Positions 1-9,422 are shown, counted from the stretch's first letter. The stretch is DNA of 64,000 nucleotides from an uncultured Candidatus Binatia bacterium (GCA_964291295.2 OZ219754.1:3520001-3584000), one strand, 5' to 3'. Numbers and translations: made by a program. Notes: a model not told the origin generated them from the letters alone.

Positions 1-1017
1 CTGGGGGTTGTCGGGGCCCGTTTTGATGCACCGCCGGCCAAGGACGAGCCGAGGACACCCGAACCGAGCAAGACCGGACGCTGGCTCGAAGGGTACCGGA
101 ACTGTGCCGCGCTGGGCCGGGACCTCCCGGAGGGCCGGGTGGTCTGCGTGATGGATCGGGAGGCGGACGCCTTCGAGGTCTTCGAGACGCAACAGGCGCA
201 CCCGGACGCCGACATCCTGGTGCGAGGCAAGCAGACCCGCCGGGTGGCCGCTGTCCATGCGTCCGGCGCCACCGGCCCGGCCACATCGGTGCGGAAGGCC
301 CTGCAGGCGGCCCCGGTCCTCGGCACCCTGATCGTCGCCTTGGACCGGCTGACCCCACGGCCCAAGCGAAGCAAGCGCCCGGCCAAGGCCGCCCGCACGG
401 CGCGCTGCGCCACCCTGACGGTGCGCGCCCAGACCGTGGCCTTGGCACCCACGAGCCCCAGGCATCAGGGCAAGCCGCCGATCCGCCTGCAGGCGGTGAT
501 GGTGGAGGAGGAGCGTACGCCGGTCGATGCCGTCCCCATCCGCTGGCTGCTGTTCACCACCCTTCCCACCGACACCCTGGAGGACTGCAGGACCTTGGTC
601 GGGTACTACGCCCGGCGCTGGCGGATCGAGGACTGGCACCGGATCCTGAAGTCCGGTTGCAAGGTCGAGGAACTCGAAAACCGCTCGGCCGACCGCCTCG
701 CCCGGGCCGTCGCCATCAACCTTGTCATCGCATGGCGCATTCACCTGATGACACTGCTCGGACGCGATCATCCGGACGTGTCACCCGACATCCTGTTCTC
801 CGAACTCGAAATCAAGGCGCTGAAGGCCTTCGCCGCGCGACAGCGCTACGCCCCTCCCGATACCCTGGCCACCGCCGTACTGACCTTGGCGCGGATCGGC
901 GGTCATATCCATCGCACCCGTGGACCACCCCCGGGAACAAAGGTGATCTGGCGTGGTCACCTCACCCTCGTTGAATGGTGCATCGGATACCAACTCATGA
1001 TGGAGCAGATAACGTGA
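1..1017 (+). mobile_element. IS4-family (IS50/Tn5 group) transposase, 5' end outside the window
   Basis: Frame is open from base 1 (LGVVGARFDAP...KTGRWLEGY). Tn5-type motifs VCVMDREAD, IRWLLFTT and Y-x2-R-W-x-IE-x2-H-R-x-LK-SGC-x-VE (YREK signature). Confidence 0.92.
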
Positions 1018-1048
1018 AAACAACGGCCACCCTCTTTACTCTCGCATC

Positions 1049-1067
1049 ACTTGTGGGGCATGGGTAG
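1049..1067 (+). repeat. Probable right terminal inverted repeat of the IS4/IS50-group element
   Basis: ACTTGTGGGGCATGGGTAG, 31 bp after the transposase stop, resembles the IS50 end ACTTGTGTATAAGAGTCAG (first 7 bases and final AG identical). The partner end is outside the window. Confidence 0.6.
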
Positions 1068-1072
1068 GGCTA

Positions 1073-1563
1073 GGGAATGCCGAACAAGGGGTCAAAACAA
1101 GCACGACGGGTTTGAAGACGAAGTTACGAGAGCGTAAGGAAGTGAGAGAGGGCGTTGGAGTCATGGATGTCGAGCCGCGTTGGCGGCTTGGGGCGACAGG
1201 TGGACGCACCTGTGGCCTCATGCGGGGGCGTAACGACCGGCGATGAGCAGGTTGGAGAGACCCAGCAGCAGTACAATGCACTGGGTATTCTTGGCCAGTC
1301 CTTGGTAGCGCACCTTGCGGTAGCCAAAGTGACGCTTCAGTTACAAGAACGGATGTTCCACTTCAGTCCGTATCAAAGCCTTGCGTTTTTCAGCGACCCC
1401 TCGGCACTGTCCTTGTCAAGCTTTCGCCGCAGACTCGACTTCATCGCCACCCGCCACGTCACTTGCTTCTTCGCATCATACTCCAACTCCCCAAACGTCG
1501 CCTGCTTGATCCCTTCCTCTATGCTCTCCCTATGTGCTTATATGGGACTTGTTCAGATTATCC
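1073..1563 (-). mobile_element. Internally deleted IS5-family element (MITE-like, about 490 bp)
   Basis: Imperfect terminal IRs GGGAATGCCGAACAAG (1073-1088) and CTTGTTCAGATTATCC (1548-1563), with CTAG/CTAA (YTAR-type target) at the ends. It encloses a broken IS5 transposase. Confidence 0.8.
1218..1510 (-). pseudogene. IS5 transposase pseudogene (N-terminus joined to C-terminus)
   Basis: Minus strand reads IKQATFGELEYDAKK (IS5 N-terminus), then QVTWRVAMKSSLRRKLDKDSAE, a frameshift, then VAEKRKALIRTEVEHPFL*LKRHFGYRKVRYQGLAKN...LLGLSNL (IS5 C-terminus). In-frame TAA at 1341-1343. Confidence 0.85.
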
Positions 1564-1623
1564 CTAATTCACGGGTAACGACAAATTCAAGCGTCAATTG
1601 GCGTCGGAACAGCGGAGTGTCGT

Positions 1624-4482
1624 GTGATGGGTAGCGATATCAATTTGTCTGATCGAACAACTGGATTTAGCGCCTTGTTTCTGAAGGCATCGGGGTTCTT
1701 CCCTCACGAATACCAAACACGAATCGCCTGTGGCGAACCCAAGGGCCGCAACCGAGACGATTGGCTGAGCGATACTACCCCTTGCGAATCGATGCTTGTC
1801 GATATTCCCACGGGATTCGGGAAGACATCTGCGGTTGTAATGGCTTGGCTTTGGAATCGGGTCAGGAATCGTCGGGACGACTGGCCGCACCGCCTCGTCT
1901 ACTGCCTACCCATGCGGGCGCTCGTCGAACAGACCTTTCAGAACGTGGATCTATGGCTGAAGAGCCTCGGACTCTCGGACGAGATCGGCCTTCATTTGCT
2001 CATGGGGCGCGAAGATGCAGGCGAATGGGATATCCATCCGGAGCGGAACGCCGTTCTTGTGGGTACGCAGGACATGCTTCTCTCCCGAGCCCTCAACCGT
2101 GGCTATGGGATGAGCCGGTATCGCTGGCCGATGCACTTCGGGCTGTTGAATAACGATTGCCTGTGGATCATGGACGAAGTGCAGTTGATGGGGCCGGGGC
2201 TGTGGACGTCAGCGCAACTGGACTGGATGAGAACTGACCGCTTCAAGAGCCTGAAACCCTGCTTCACATGGTGGATGAGTGCAACGATTCGTCCGAAGTT
2301 TCTCAATACGCCCGATCGCAGTAAAGCGAACCTGGCTACCCCAAGGTGTATCCTCTTGGGCGAGCACGACCGGGCACACCAGATTCTTCAGGCTCGTCGC
2401 CCGTGCAGGTTGTGGAAGCCGCCGGCTTCGAAGACAAAGACGCGCAAGAAGGAATCTGATGGCGAGAGGTTGTCAACATTCACGAGGAAGTTGGCCGAGG
2501 ATGTGGCCGGCGAGCATCGGGAGGCAAGCCTGAGCCTTGTCGTCTGCAACACCGTTTCGGTCGCGCAGCAGGTATACGCGGCCGTCAGAAACACCTATAC
2601 CGGTGCCTCCGACGTCGTTCTTCTGACCTCGCGCTTCCGCGCGAAGGACCGCAAAAGCCATCACGACAAGCTTCTCGCCTTCGAAGACGCGCGCAGAGGC
2701 ACCGTGACTTACGGAGCAGTCCCGATTTCGGGACTCATCTGCGTATCGACGCAGGTAGTAGAGGCAGGTGTTGACTTATCGGCGCGACGGTTGTGGTCGG
2801 AGATCGCACCTTGGCCATCGACCATCCAGCGTCTCGGGCGCCTGAATCGGGATGGGCGCCTGAACGGCGACGCCCGCGCCTGGTTTTGGGAAGGACCGGA
2901 GACGCCGAGGCGAAATGCGCGGCTCATCGGTCCTTATGAAGCTAAGGCAGTGAAGCACGGACACAAGCTCGTCAACGCGCTGGCCGCGGTGTGCGAATCC
3001 GACGAAATGGTATCCGTTAAGGACGCCTTGGCAAAGTTGAGTGCACAGGACGAAATCAAGGGCTTGATCGAGAAAGCACTGACTCCCGTGCCGGAACCGT
3101 GCCCGAGGGCCATCGACGTCCACGGGCTCTTTTCGACGGAACCAGATGTCTTCGGCGGCTTTACCGACGTCAGCCCCTTCGTGCGAAATCAGGACGAGAA
3201 CGCTGATGTGACCGTCTTCTGGCGCACATGGCGCGCTGATCCCGAGTTGCACCGGTCGGAGGGATTGACCGGTCCAGCGTTCACTCGTGACGAAGGATGC
3301 ACGGTCGCCATCGGCCGCTTGCGAGAGTTCTTGAGGGAAAAGAGCGCATGGACTTGGGATGACGGGAGTGAGGCATGGGAACGGGTCTACGCTCGGGATA
3401 TCCGTCCCGGCATGTTGGTGATGCTGCGGTGCGATGACGGAGGATACTCCCGTGAGCTGGGCTGGACGGGGAAGGGGAGCGACAAGCTCGATAATGTGCC
3501 GTCACCCGGAGAACCGCACGAGAGGTTCGAGGATGACCGATACAGCGAGAGCGGATTCTGGGTCACCTTGAAGGATCATCTGAGGGACACCGAGCGGGAG
3601 GCGGCACACATCGTACAGGCCATGAACCTGAACAGCGATATCGGCTCAGCGGTCGTTCATGCGTCGTCGGAGCACGATATCGGCAAGGCCCTGTCCCAGT
3701 GGCAGAACAAATTGCCGAAGCCGCCACCACAAGAGGGCCTCGCATGGGCAAAAGCGCCGTACCAACTCGCGGTGAAAACAAATGCTTCCACGGCAAGACA
3801 GGAGACCGAGGGCATTCTTCGTAGGCGGGGCCTGCGCTACTGGTACGCCGGTTCGTGGGAACAGGAGGACGGCCGGATCAAATTCATATGGCACACGGAC
3901 TCAAAAGTGCCTCCTGCGACTCTCGAAAACATCCATGCAGTATCAAGCGACGTATGCGCGTGGAATGTCCCTTTCCGTCCCGGCCTTCGCCATGAAGCGG
4001 CGACCGCCTTGGCGCTTTGGCACCGCTACTATCGAGGTGGGAGCAACGAATTCGCCGCGCTGTCGATCTATCTCTCCGCCGCACACCACGGCAAGGTGCG
4101 GACGGTTCTCAAGTCCCGAAAGCCCCGAAAGTCCCGGACGATCGCCGGCGAGGATGTGTACGGGGTGAACAAGACCACGGCCTTGCTGCCATGGAACGAC
4201 ATGCCATTGGACTTCTCGTGTTCGGTCGATGGAGCATCGGGCTGCTTCTCGGAAGACGGGCGGGAGTTCATCTTCGAAGCACCCGGCTGGACCGGGCTCG
4301 TCGCCGACCTGCTCGGCGCATGGGAGTCCGACGCCGTACCGGGTGTCAGTGGCGCAGTACCGAGCGGAGAGCCGCGCAACCTCGGGCCGTTCGCACTGGC
4401 CTATCTCGAAACGCTGGTTCGCTGCGCCGACGAACGCGCCAGCAAGAGCCCCAGCACCAAGCGGGAGATTAAATCACCGTGA
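1624..4482 (+). CDS. cas3: Type I-G (I-U) CRISPR-associated helicase/nuclease Cas3 with C-terminal HD domain
   Basis: Walker A IPTGFGKT, RLVYCLPMRALVEQ, I-G signature VGTQDMLLSRALNRGYG, DEVQ box, SAT, STQVVEAGVD, QRLGRLNR. C-terminal HD motifs HL..., HDIGK, RHE, HHGK, ADERAS. Start is GTG 1624 or ATG 1627. Confidence 0.95.
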   Translation: MMGSDINLSDRTTGFSALFLKASGFFPHEYQTRIACGEPKGRNRDDWLSDTTPCESMLVDIPTGFGKTSAVVMAWLWNRVRNRRDDWPHRLVYCLPMRALVEQTFQNVDLWLKSLGLSDEIGLHLLMGREDAGEWDIHPERNAVLVGTQDMLLSRALNRGYGMSRYRWPMHFGLLNNDCLWIMDEVQLMGPGLWTSAQLDWMRTDRFKSLKPCFTWWMSATIRPKFLNTPDRSKANLATPRCILLGEHDRAHQILQARRPCRLWKPPASKTKTRKKESDGERLSTFTRKLAEDVAGEHREASLSLVVCNTVSVAQQVYAAVRNTYTGASDVVLLTSRFRAKDRKSHHDKLLAFEDARRGTVTYGAVPISGLICVSTQVVEAGVDLSARRLWSEIAPWPSTIQRLGRLNRDGRLNGDARAWFWEGPETPRRNARLIGPYEAKAVKHGHKLVNALAAVCESDEMVSVKDALAKLSAQDEIKGLIEKALTPVPEPCPRAIDVHGLFSTEPDVFGGFTDVSPFVRNQDENADVTVFWRTWRADPELHRSEGLTGPAFTRDEGCTVAIGRLREFLREKSAWTWDDGSEAWERVYARDIRPGMLVMLRCDDGGYSRELGWTGKGSDKLDNVPSPGEPHERFEDDRYSESGFWVTLKDHLRDTEREAAHIVQAMNLNSDIGSAVVHASSEHDIGKALSQWQNKLPKPPPQEGLAWAKAPYQLAVKTNASTARQETEGILRRRGLRYWYAGSWEQEDGRIKFIWHTDSKVPPATLENIHAVSSDVCAWNVPFRPGLRHEAATALALWHRYYRGGSNEFAALSIYLSAAHHGKVRTVLKSRKPRKSRTIAGEDVYGVNKTTALLPWNDMPLDFSCSVDGASGCFSEDGREFIFEAPGWTGLVADLLGAWESDAVPGVSGAVPSGEPRNLGPFALAYLETLVRCADERASKSPSTKREIKSP

Positions 4483-6563
4483 ACGTTCTTCCCGTCGTAC
4501 CGCTTAACGGGCTGAGAGCAGATTCGCTCGGCACCTACCTCGCATCGCTCGGGCTGTTCTCGCTCGTTGCCCGGAAATGGCCGAGAGTCAGGGCAGTCTG
4601 GAAGAATGCCGCTTTCTGCCTCGTGGGTGGTCCCGCCACGCTGGAACAGACTGTCGAGTTCGTGGGCGAGATTGGCCAGAAGAGAACCTGGACCGAATAC
4701 GACAAGTCTTGGGACAAGGCAAAGAAGGCCGATAAGGAGGAGCAAACATCAGGGCGAACTGCGATCTGGCGTGCCTTGGAGGCGGAGGAACGATTGCTGC
4801 CTGCCTTCGGAGCGCATCTAGCACTGGACGACCGGGTCAGAGAGAATCCTCTGCTCGGATATGCCGGGCGGCGAAAATTCGACCAAGGCTGGTATAAAGC
4901 CGTCTCCTGTATTGAGAGCCCACCTCACAACCAAAGCAGAGCTTTGTTCAACGCAGATCTCAAAGCGTTTCTTGATGGGCAAGCATGCAGCACATATCTG
5001 AAAGATAAGGGCTTCAATGCGGGATCATGGTTTGGCGTGGCGAACAAGATCTATAACCATGGAACAAGGAAACCCTTTCGCGAGGGGGAAATCACACCTT
5101 GGGCGATGGCATTGGCGTGTGAGGGTTTGTCTTATTTCGCCGGTGGTCCGTCCCGGCAACTGGGCAGCCGACGGCAGCCCACGGGTGCCTTCCCATTCGT
5201 TACTACAGCAATGGCGCCAAGGGGCGTCGGTGACGCTGGCCGCATTGATGCGGAAATCTGGGCTCCGATCTGGAACCAGCCGATGACGGTACCTGAGTTG
5301 AAGTCGCTATTCTTGCGCGGAAGAGCAGAGATTGGAGGCAAAGGCACAATTTCCTCCGCAGCGTTCGCCGCCGGAATCATGAACCGGGGGGTCGATGCCG
5401 GTATCATGGAATTCCGTAGATTCCTGCTTCTGCATACGACGAGCGCACAGACCTTCGAGTCCCGCTTGGCGACCGTTGTTCCGGTACCGGGAACGACACC
5501 GGACAACGCATCCATGCGGGCGATTCGAATGATCGTCAAGCTTCGCGAGGCACTTCCATCGGACCGGAAGGATGGCCAGAAATGGCGATTCTCCGGTGTG
5601 CGAGGCCCACTCGAGCAGGCACTGGTCGACTTCGCCGCCACACGCCCGGGTGAAGGTCGCACCGAGCAAGCTTGGGCGTTGGTGGACCAAGTGTTCGAAG
5701 CGCTTGCTAAGGTTGACCGGAATCGGACGTTTCGCAAACCCAAGATTCGGTTTCGATTGTTGCCGGGTCAGTGGGCGACGCAATTGTTTCAGAAAGATCC
5801 GCCCGATCGAGAAACCCGTTTGGCACTGGCGATATCCTCAATGGCGGGCACGCCAGCCTTTCCACCATTCATCGCCTACCGTCTCGGCGTAGAAAAGAGG
5901 ACTGATGGACCGCGATGGGAGTTCCCGCAGTCTTTGCCCACCCGCCGAATCTGGAGCGATGCCGAGTTGACCGAGAACCTGGGTGCGATGGCCGAAAGAC
6001 GTGTCATGGAAGCATTGCGGAAAGCGGCGCGGCGGCCTCCACTCGGCGCCACGGTCCGAGTGGCGCTCGACGACATTCATGCGTGGCTGTCCGGTGAGGT
6101 GGATGAAGAGCGAACGCGCCTATGGCTGGGGCGCCTTTGCCTGTTCGATTGGGAAGACGACGCAAGCGGCGAGGCTGTGAGGGAGTTGCAGCGCAGCTTC
6201 ACCAGCTTTCGACCAGCCGTTGACGGTGCGCTGGCGCTCCATGCACTGTTCCGCCCGCTCGCAAGTGATTGGCTATTTCGGCGAATCCTCCTCGAGAGCG
6301 GCCTTCAGGCCGAGGGGGTATCGACCTGTGCTTCCTTCGGGCGTGTTATCGCCATGCTGCGACATGGCGACGTGAATGCTGCGACAGAAGCGGCGCTGGC
6401 AGCTTACCGTGCCGCGGGCGTAACACTCGCGGATTTCAACGCCCTTCCTGCCGGCCCTGATCCGGCTCGCCTTCTGGTCTCCTTGATCATCCCGGTTCGT
6501 GACAAACAAGTTCTTGCCGTATTCCGGCGTTGGCGTTCGCCATCCGGACCCACACAAGCATGA
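4479..6563 (+). CDS. csx17: Type I-G large subunit Csx17 (Cas8g/Cas8u1)
   Basis: LNGLRADSLGTYLASLGLF N-terminus, NPLLG, TPWAMALACEG, AFPF, EIWAPIW, GRA, RGVDAGI. GTGA overlap with the cas3 stop. Confidence 0.88.
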   Translation: MNVLPVVPLNGLRADSLGTYLASLGLFSLVARKWPRVRAVWKNAAFCLVGGPATLEQTVEFVGEIGQKRTWTEYDKSWDKAKKADKEEQTSGRTAIWRALEAEERLLPAFGAHLALDDRVRENPLLGYAGRRKFDQGWYKAVSCIESPPHNQSRALFNADLKAFLDGQACSTYLKDKGFNAGSWFGVANKIYNHGTRKPFREGEITPWAMALACEGLSYFAGGPSRQLGSRRQPTGAFPFVTTAMAPRGVGDAGRIDAEIWAPIWNQPMTVPELKSLFLRGRAEIGGKGTISSAAFAAGIMNRGVDAGIMEFRRFLLLHTTSAQTFESRLATVVPVPGTTPDNASMRAIRMIVKLREALPSDRKDGQKWRFSGVRGPLEQALVDFAATRPGEGRTEQAWALVDQVFEALAKVDRNRTFRKPKIRFRLLPGQWATQLFQKDPPDRETRLALAISSMAGTPAFPPFIAYRLGVEKRTDGPRWEFPQSLPTRRIWSDAELTENLGAMAERRVMEALRKAARRPPLGATVRVALDDIHAWLSGEVDEERTRLWLGRLCLFDWEDDASGEAVRELQRSFTSFRPAVDGALALHALFRPLASDWLFRRILLESGLQAEGVSTCASFGRVIAMLRHGDVNAATEAALAAYRAAGVTLADFNALPAGPDPARLLVSLIIPVRDKQVLAVFRRWRSPSGPTQA

Positions 6564-6573
6564 GGAGACGCAC

Positions 6574-7665
6574 ATGACCGACCATCCGCTGGACCCGTCC
6601 GCGCTACTGAATGGCACAGATCTTCGCCTGACGCTGCACGCGAGTCTCAAGCCGGCTTCAGGGTTAGACCGATTCCAACCGGCGGGCTTCCCGGAAATCG
6701 GTCACGTCATCTACGATGCACCGTGTCCCGATAATCCCGATAACAGTGTGCGGAAGGTCTGCATCGTGGACAGCGCAGCAAGCATGGCGAATCATTTGGA
6801 GACCGTGTGCTTGGCGAGCGAACACTCCCTGGATCTGGCGGATGAGCTTGCCGGCATGCCCTACGTCGAGTGCCGGAACATTGAGTGCTCGATCGATGAT
6901 AGTGATGGAGTAACGAAGGAACTTGTTGTCACAACGCTTTCGGAGGGGCATCGATTGGCCTCGACCTACTTCCTGGACGGCATTCTTGCAGGCAAACACC
7001 AAAAGTTTGTCGATGTACTCCGAGAAAAATTCGGAATAAAGAATCTTGGCAGAAAGTCCCATCCGCTTCCGGAACAGTGGTGGTCGGTCTTTTCGACAAT
7101 CTTCGGCTACGACCCGAACTCGCTCGTTCACGGGGTGCTCTTCCCTGCCATGGGAATCAAGCTGCCTAGAATGCTGACCGCGCATCTCGAGGCGTTCGGC
7201 GCCTCCCGAGTCCGTAGCTCCGGCGTCAAGTTCGACAAGCTCGGAAAGACATCGTCGGGACAACCGATCTTCTCCGTTGACGAGGAGACGGCCAGCGAGA
7301 TCAAGGCTACGTTCGTCATCGACCTCGCGCTGCTTCGGTCATTCGGCCGGGGTGACCGTGGCCTGAACGGCGCGCAGAAGGAATTCCTTCTCGCTCTCGC
7401 ACTGTGGAAAATCGAGCGCCTCCTGCGAGGACCATTCCGCTATCGAAGCAATTGCGATCTTGAGCTTCACGAACTACGCATTCGCGGCCACAAGGAGCCC
7501 GTCGAGCTGTATCCGGTCAATATCCAATCGGCTATCAGAAAAGCGGGCTTCAAAGACCCACCCGTGACAAACGTTTATTGGAGAGCGGAGGATCTATTCC
7601 GCGCCGGTGCAAATGAACCAGCGGACAACTCTGATTCCCAGGACGAACAAGATGTAGATGCCTGA
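6574..7665 (+). CDS. csb1: Type I-G backbone Csb1 (Cas7g/Cas7u)
   Basis: RFQPAGFP, VDSAASMANHLE, HRLAS, YDPNSLVHG, SSGVK, ATFVIDLALLRSFG. RBS GAGGAG precedes ATG 6574. Confidence 0.9.
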   Translation: MTDHPLDPSALLNGTDLRLTLHASLKPASGLDRFQPAGFPEIGHVIYDAPCPDNPDNSVRKVCIVDSAASMANHLETVCLASEHSLDLADELAGMPYVECRNIECSIDDSDGVTKELVVTTLSEGHRLASTYFLDGILAGKHQKFVDVLREKFGIKNLGRKSHPLPEQWWSVFSTIFGYDPNSLVHGVLFPAMGIKLPRMLTAHLEAFGASRVRSSGVKFDKLGKTSSGQPIFSVDEETASEIKATFVIDLALLRSFGRGDRGLNGAQKEFLLALALWKIERLLRGPFRYRSNCDLELHELRIRGHKEPVELYPVNIQSAIRKAGFKDPPVTNVYWRAEDLFRAGANEPADNSDSQDEQDVDA

Positions 7666-7677
7666 CGAGTCGTTTCG

Positions 7678-9237
7678 ATGCGAGTAGTCCTCCGTCAGAC
7701 ATTTCCTCTCGGGCGGTTCCACGCGAATCCGTGGCGCGTCTTTCCGTTCGAGGACCCCCACGGGGAGTGGCCACCCAGTCCTTGGCGGTTGCTTCGCGCC
7801 ATTCTTGCAAAGTCCCATCAGTTGGAACGGGAACGTGAAGTCCAATGTCGTATATGGCGTGATTCTTTGGTTGAGGCGTTCTGTACAAGCACATTCAGTT
7901 GGTGTCTGCCACCGTTCAGTTGGCGCGGCCCGGGGCTGCGGCAATACCAGCCGGCGACATTCGAGTGGGATCCCCCAAGCCGAACGAAGAAGGTCAAGGG
8001 CCGGCCCGTGGAAATCCCAGGCGAAAAAACGTACCGGCCCACCTTGGTACAAGACAATTTCTGGGTGGTGGGCAGCTCGAGGGCAGTCACGGATACCGGC
8101 GTCGTATGGTGGGTTGTGGAAGGCCAAGCGTGGTCAAAGGAGCACCTCGGCTTGCTCGATGCCTGCCTGAAGCGAATGACCTACTTTGGACGTGCGGAGG
8201 CCATCACTGAAATCCAGCGCGTCGAGAAGCTGCCAAGCAACACGGGCATCAACTGCGTATTGGAGCAGTTGCCCTCGTCAAATTCCAGTCCGGTACTTGT
8301 TCCGACGGGAGACGCCACTCTCTCACAGGTTCAGGCGGTCACGGACGACCCATCGGTCGCGAACTGGACCGTGCCTCCCGGAGCGCGTTGGATGCATGCC
8401 AAACGCCCCGCCAAACCGCCGGTGAAGCTGCCCCGCTCAAGGCCACGGATGAGGAAACCGACGCGCCTCATTCAGTTCGCCATCGGCACACGGGTCAGCC
8501 CGCCACCAAATTCCATCGTTGTGATGACTCAACGCTTTCGAGGGCGTGTCGTCCGAGAGTTCCTCGCGGGAAGCTGGCAACTTGCAAGTACCGCACAGCG
8601 AGAAGCTGCGCGCCTCCTCGTCGGAAAGGATGCGGACGGATTGCCATTGCGGGATCATCGACATCCACATGCCAGATTCGGAATTCTCTTCGACCAGGAA
8701 ACAGACCAAGCGTCAAGATTGTTGGTCTGGCGTGAGCAGCCGTTCACCGACGAAGAGCAGTCCGCCATCTTGAACGCAGCCGAACAGGAGCTTCCGCTCT
8801 CGTTTACCAGAGCCGGAGCAACAGACCCATGGACCATACGGCTCGTACCGCTGGATTCGCAGGTGCCGCCTCCAGCCGGTTTCGGGGACCAGACCCATAG
8901 TCGCTGGATAACTGTCACGCCCTACGTGCCGCCTCGCTACGTGTATGGCCGGAGAGGCCGGATAAAGCCCGGTGAGTCACCGGAAGAACAACTTCGACTC
9001 GAACTTGCTCGGCAAGGATACGATACGGCTGGAGTAGACATCCAAATCTGTGAACAACGCTCCGAATGGATCCGAGTACATCAACCACGACGCCGTCTTG
9101 GTGCTCCCACAAACAACCAAAGGCGATCCTATCGCGTATCGCTTACATTCGTTGTCCCGGTCTGGGGTCCCATATCGCTTGGCCATTCTTCCCACTTCGG
9201 CCTCGGACTGTTCAGTGCCGTGAAGGACCAGTCTTAG
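7678..9237 (+). CDS. csb2: Type I-G Csb2 (Cas5-Cas6 fusion)
   Basis: N-terminal GRFHANPW...EWPPSPWRLLRA, YFGRAE, W-x-TVTPYVPP and C-terminal Cas6 Gly-loop GPISLGHSSHFGLGLF. Confidence 0.92.
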   Translation: MRVVLRQTFPLGRFHANPWRVFPFEDPHGEWPPSPWRLLRAILAKSHQLEREREVQCRIWRDSLVEAFCTSTFSWCLPPFSWRGPGLRQYQPATFEWDPPSRTKKVKGRPVEIPGEKTYRPTLVQDNFWVVGSSRAVTDTGVVWWVVEGQAWSKEHLGLLDACLKRMTYFGRAEAITEIQRVEKLPSNTGINCVLEQLPSSNSSPVLVPTGDATLSQVQAVTDDPSVANWTVPPGARWMHAKRPAKPPVKLPRSRPRMRKPTRLIQFAIGTRVSPPPNSIVVMTQRFRGRVVREFLAGSWQLASTAQREAARLLVGKDADGLPLRDHRHPHARFGILFDQETDQASRLLVWREQPFTDEEQSAILNAAEQELPLSFTRAGATDPWTIRLVPLDSQVPPPAGFGDQTHSRWITVTPYVPPRYVYGRRGRIKPGESPEEQLRLELARQGYDTAGVDIQICEQRSEWIRVHQPRRRLGAPTNNQRRSYRVSLTFVVPVWGPISLGHSSHFGLGLFSAVKDQS

Positions 9238-9368
9238 GGAGGCGCTCGAAACGCAGAACCGGATGAATTGGGCTGAAGATGGTGCGGATCGCGGCCGGGA
9301 AGATCCACAAATACGAACTCACAGGTATCCCGGGCATCAAGGCGCAAGCGGACAGTCCCGGCTGCGAG

Positions 9369-9416
9369 CAATTCACGGAAGAGACAATCCACGGAAGAGG
9401 CAATCCACGGGGAGGG
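9369..9416 (+). repeat. 16-bp tandem repeat x3
   Basis: CAATTCACGGAAGAGA / CAATCCACGGAAGAGG / CAATCCACGGGGAGGG. The third copy supplies the RBS of the next gene. Confidence 0.85.
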
Positions 9417-9422
9417 ACAAAC

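Noticed and set aside
1155-1634. 159-aa plus-strand ORF
   Set aside because: It is the antisense shadow of the IS5 transposase remnant.
1-9237. CRISPR-associated transposon (transposase next to Cascade genes)
   Set aside because: The transposase is a plain IS4/IS50 type with its own terminal repeat ending at 1067. No TnsB, TnsC or TniQ is present and Cas3 is intact, unlike known CASTs.
9369-9416. 16-bp repeats read as a mini CRISPR array
   Set aside because: Units are head-to-tail with no spacers, too short, non-palindromic and lack the ATTGAA handle.
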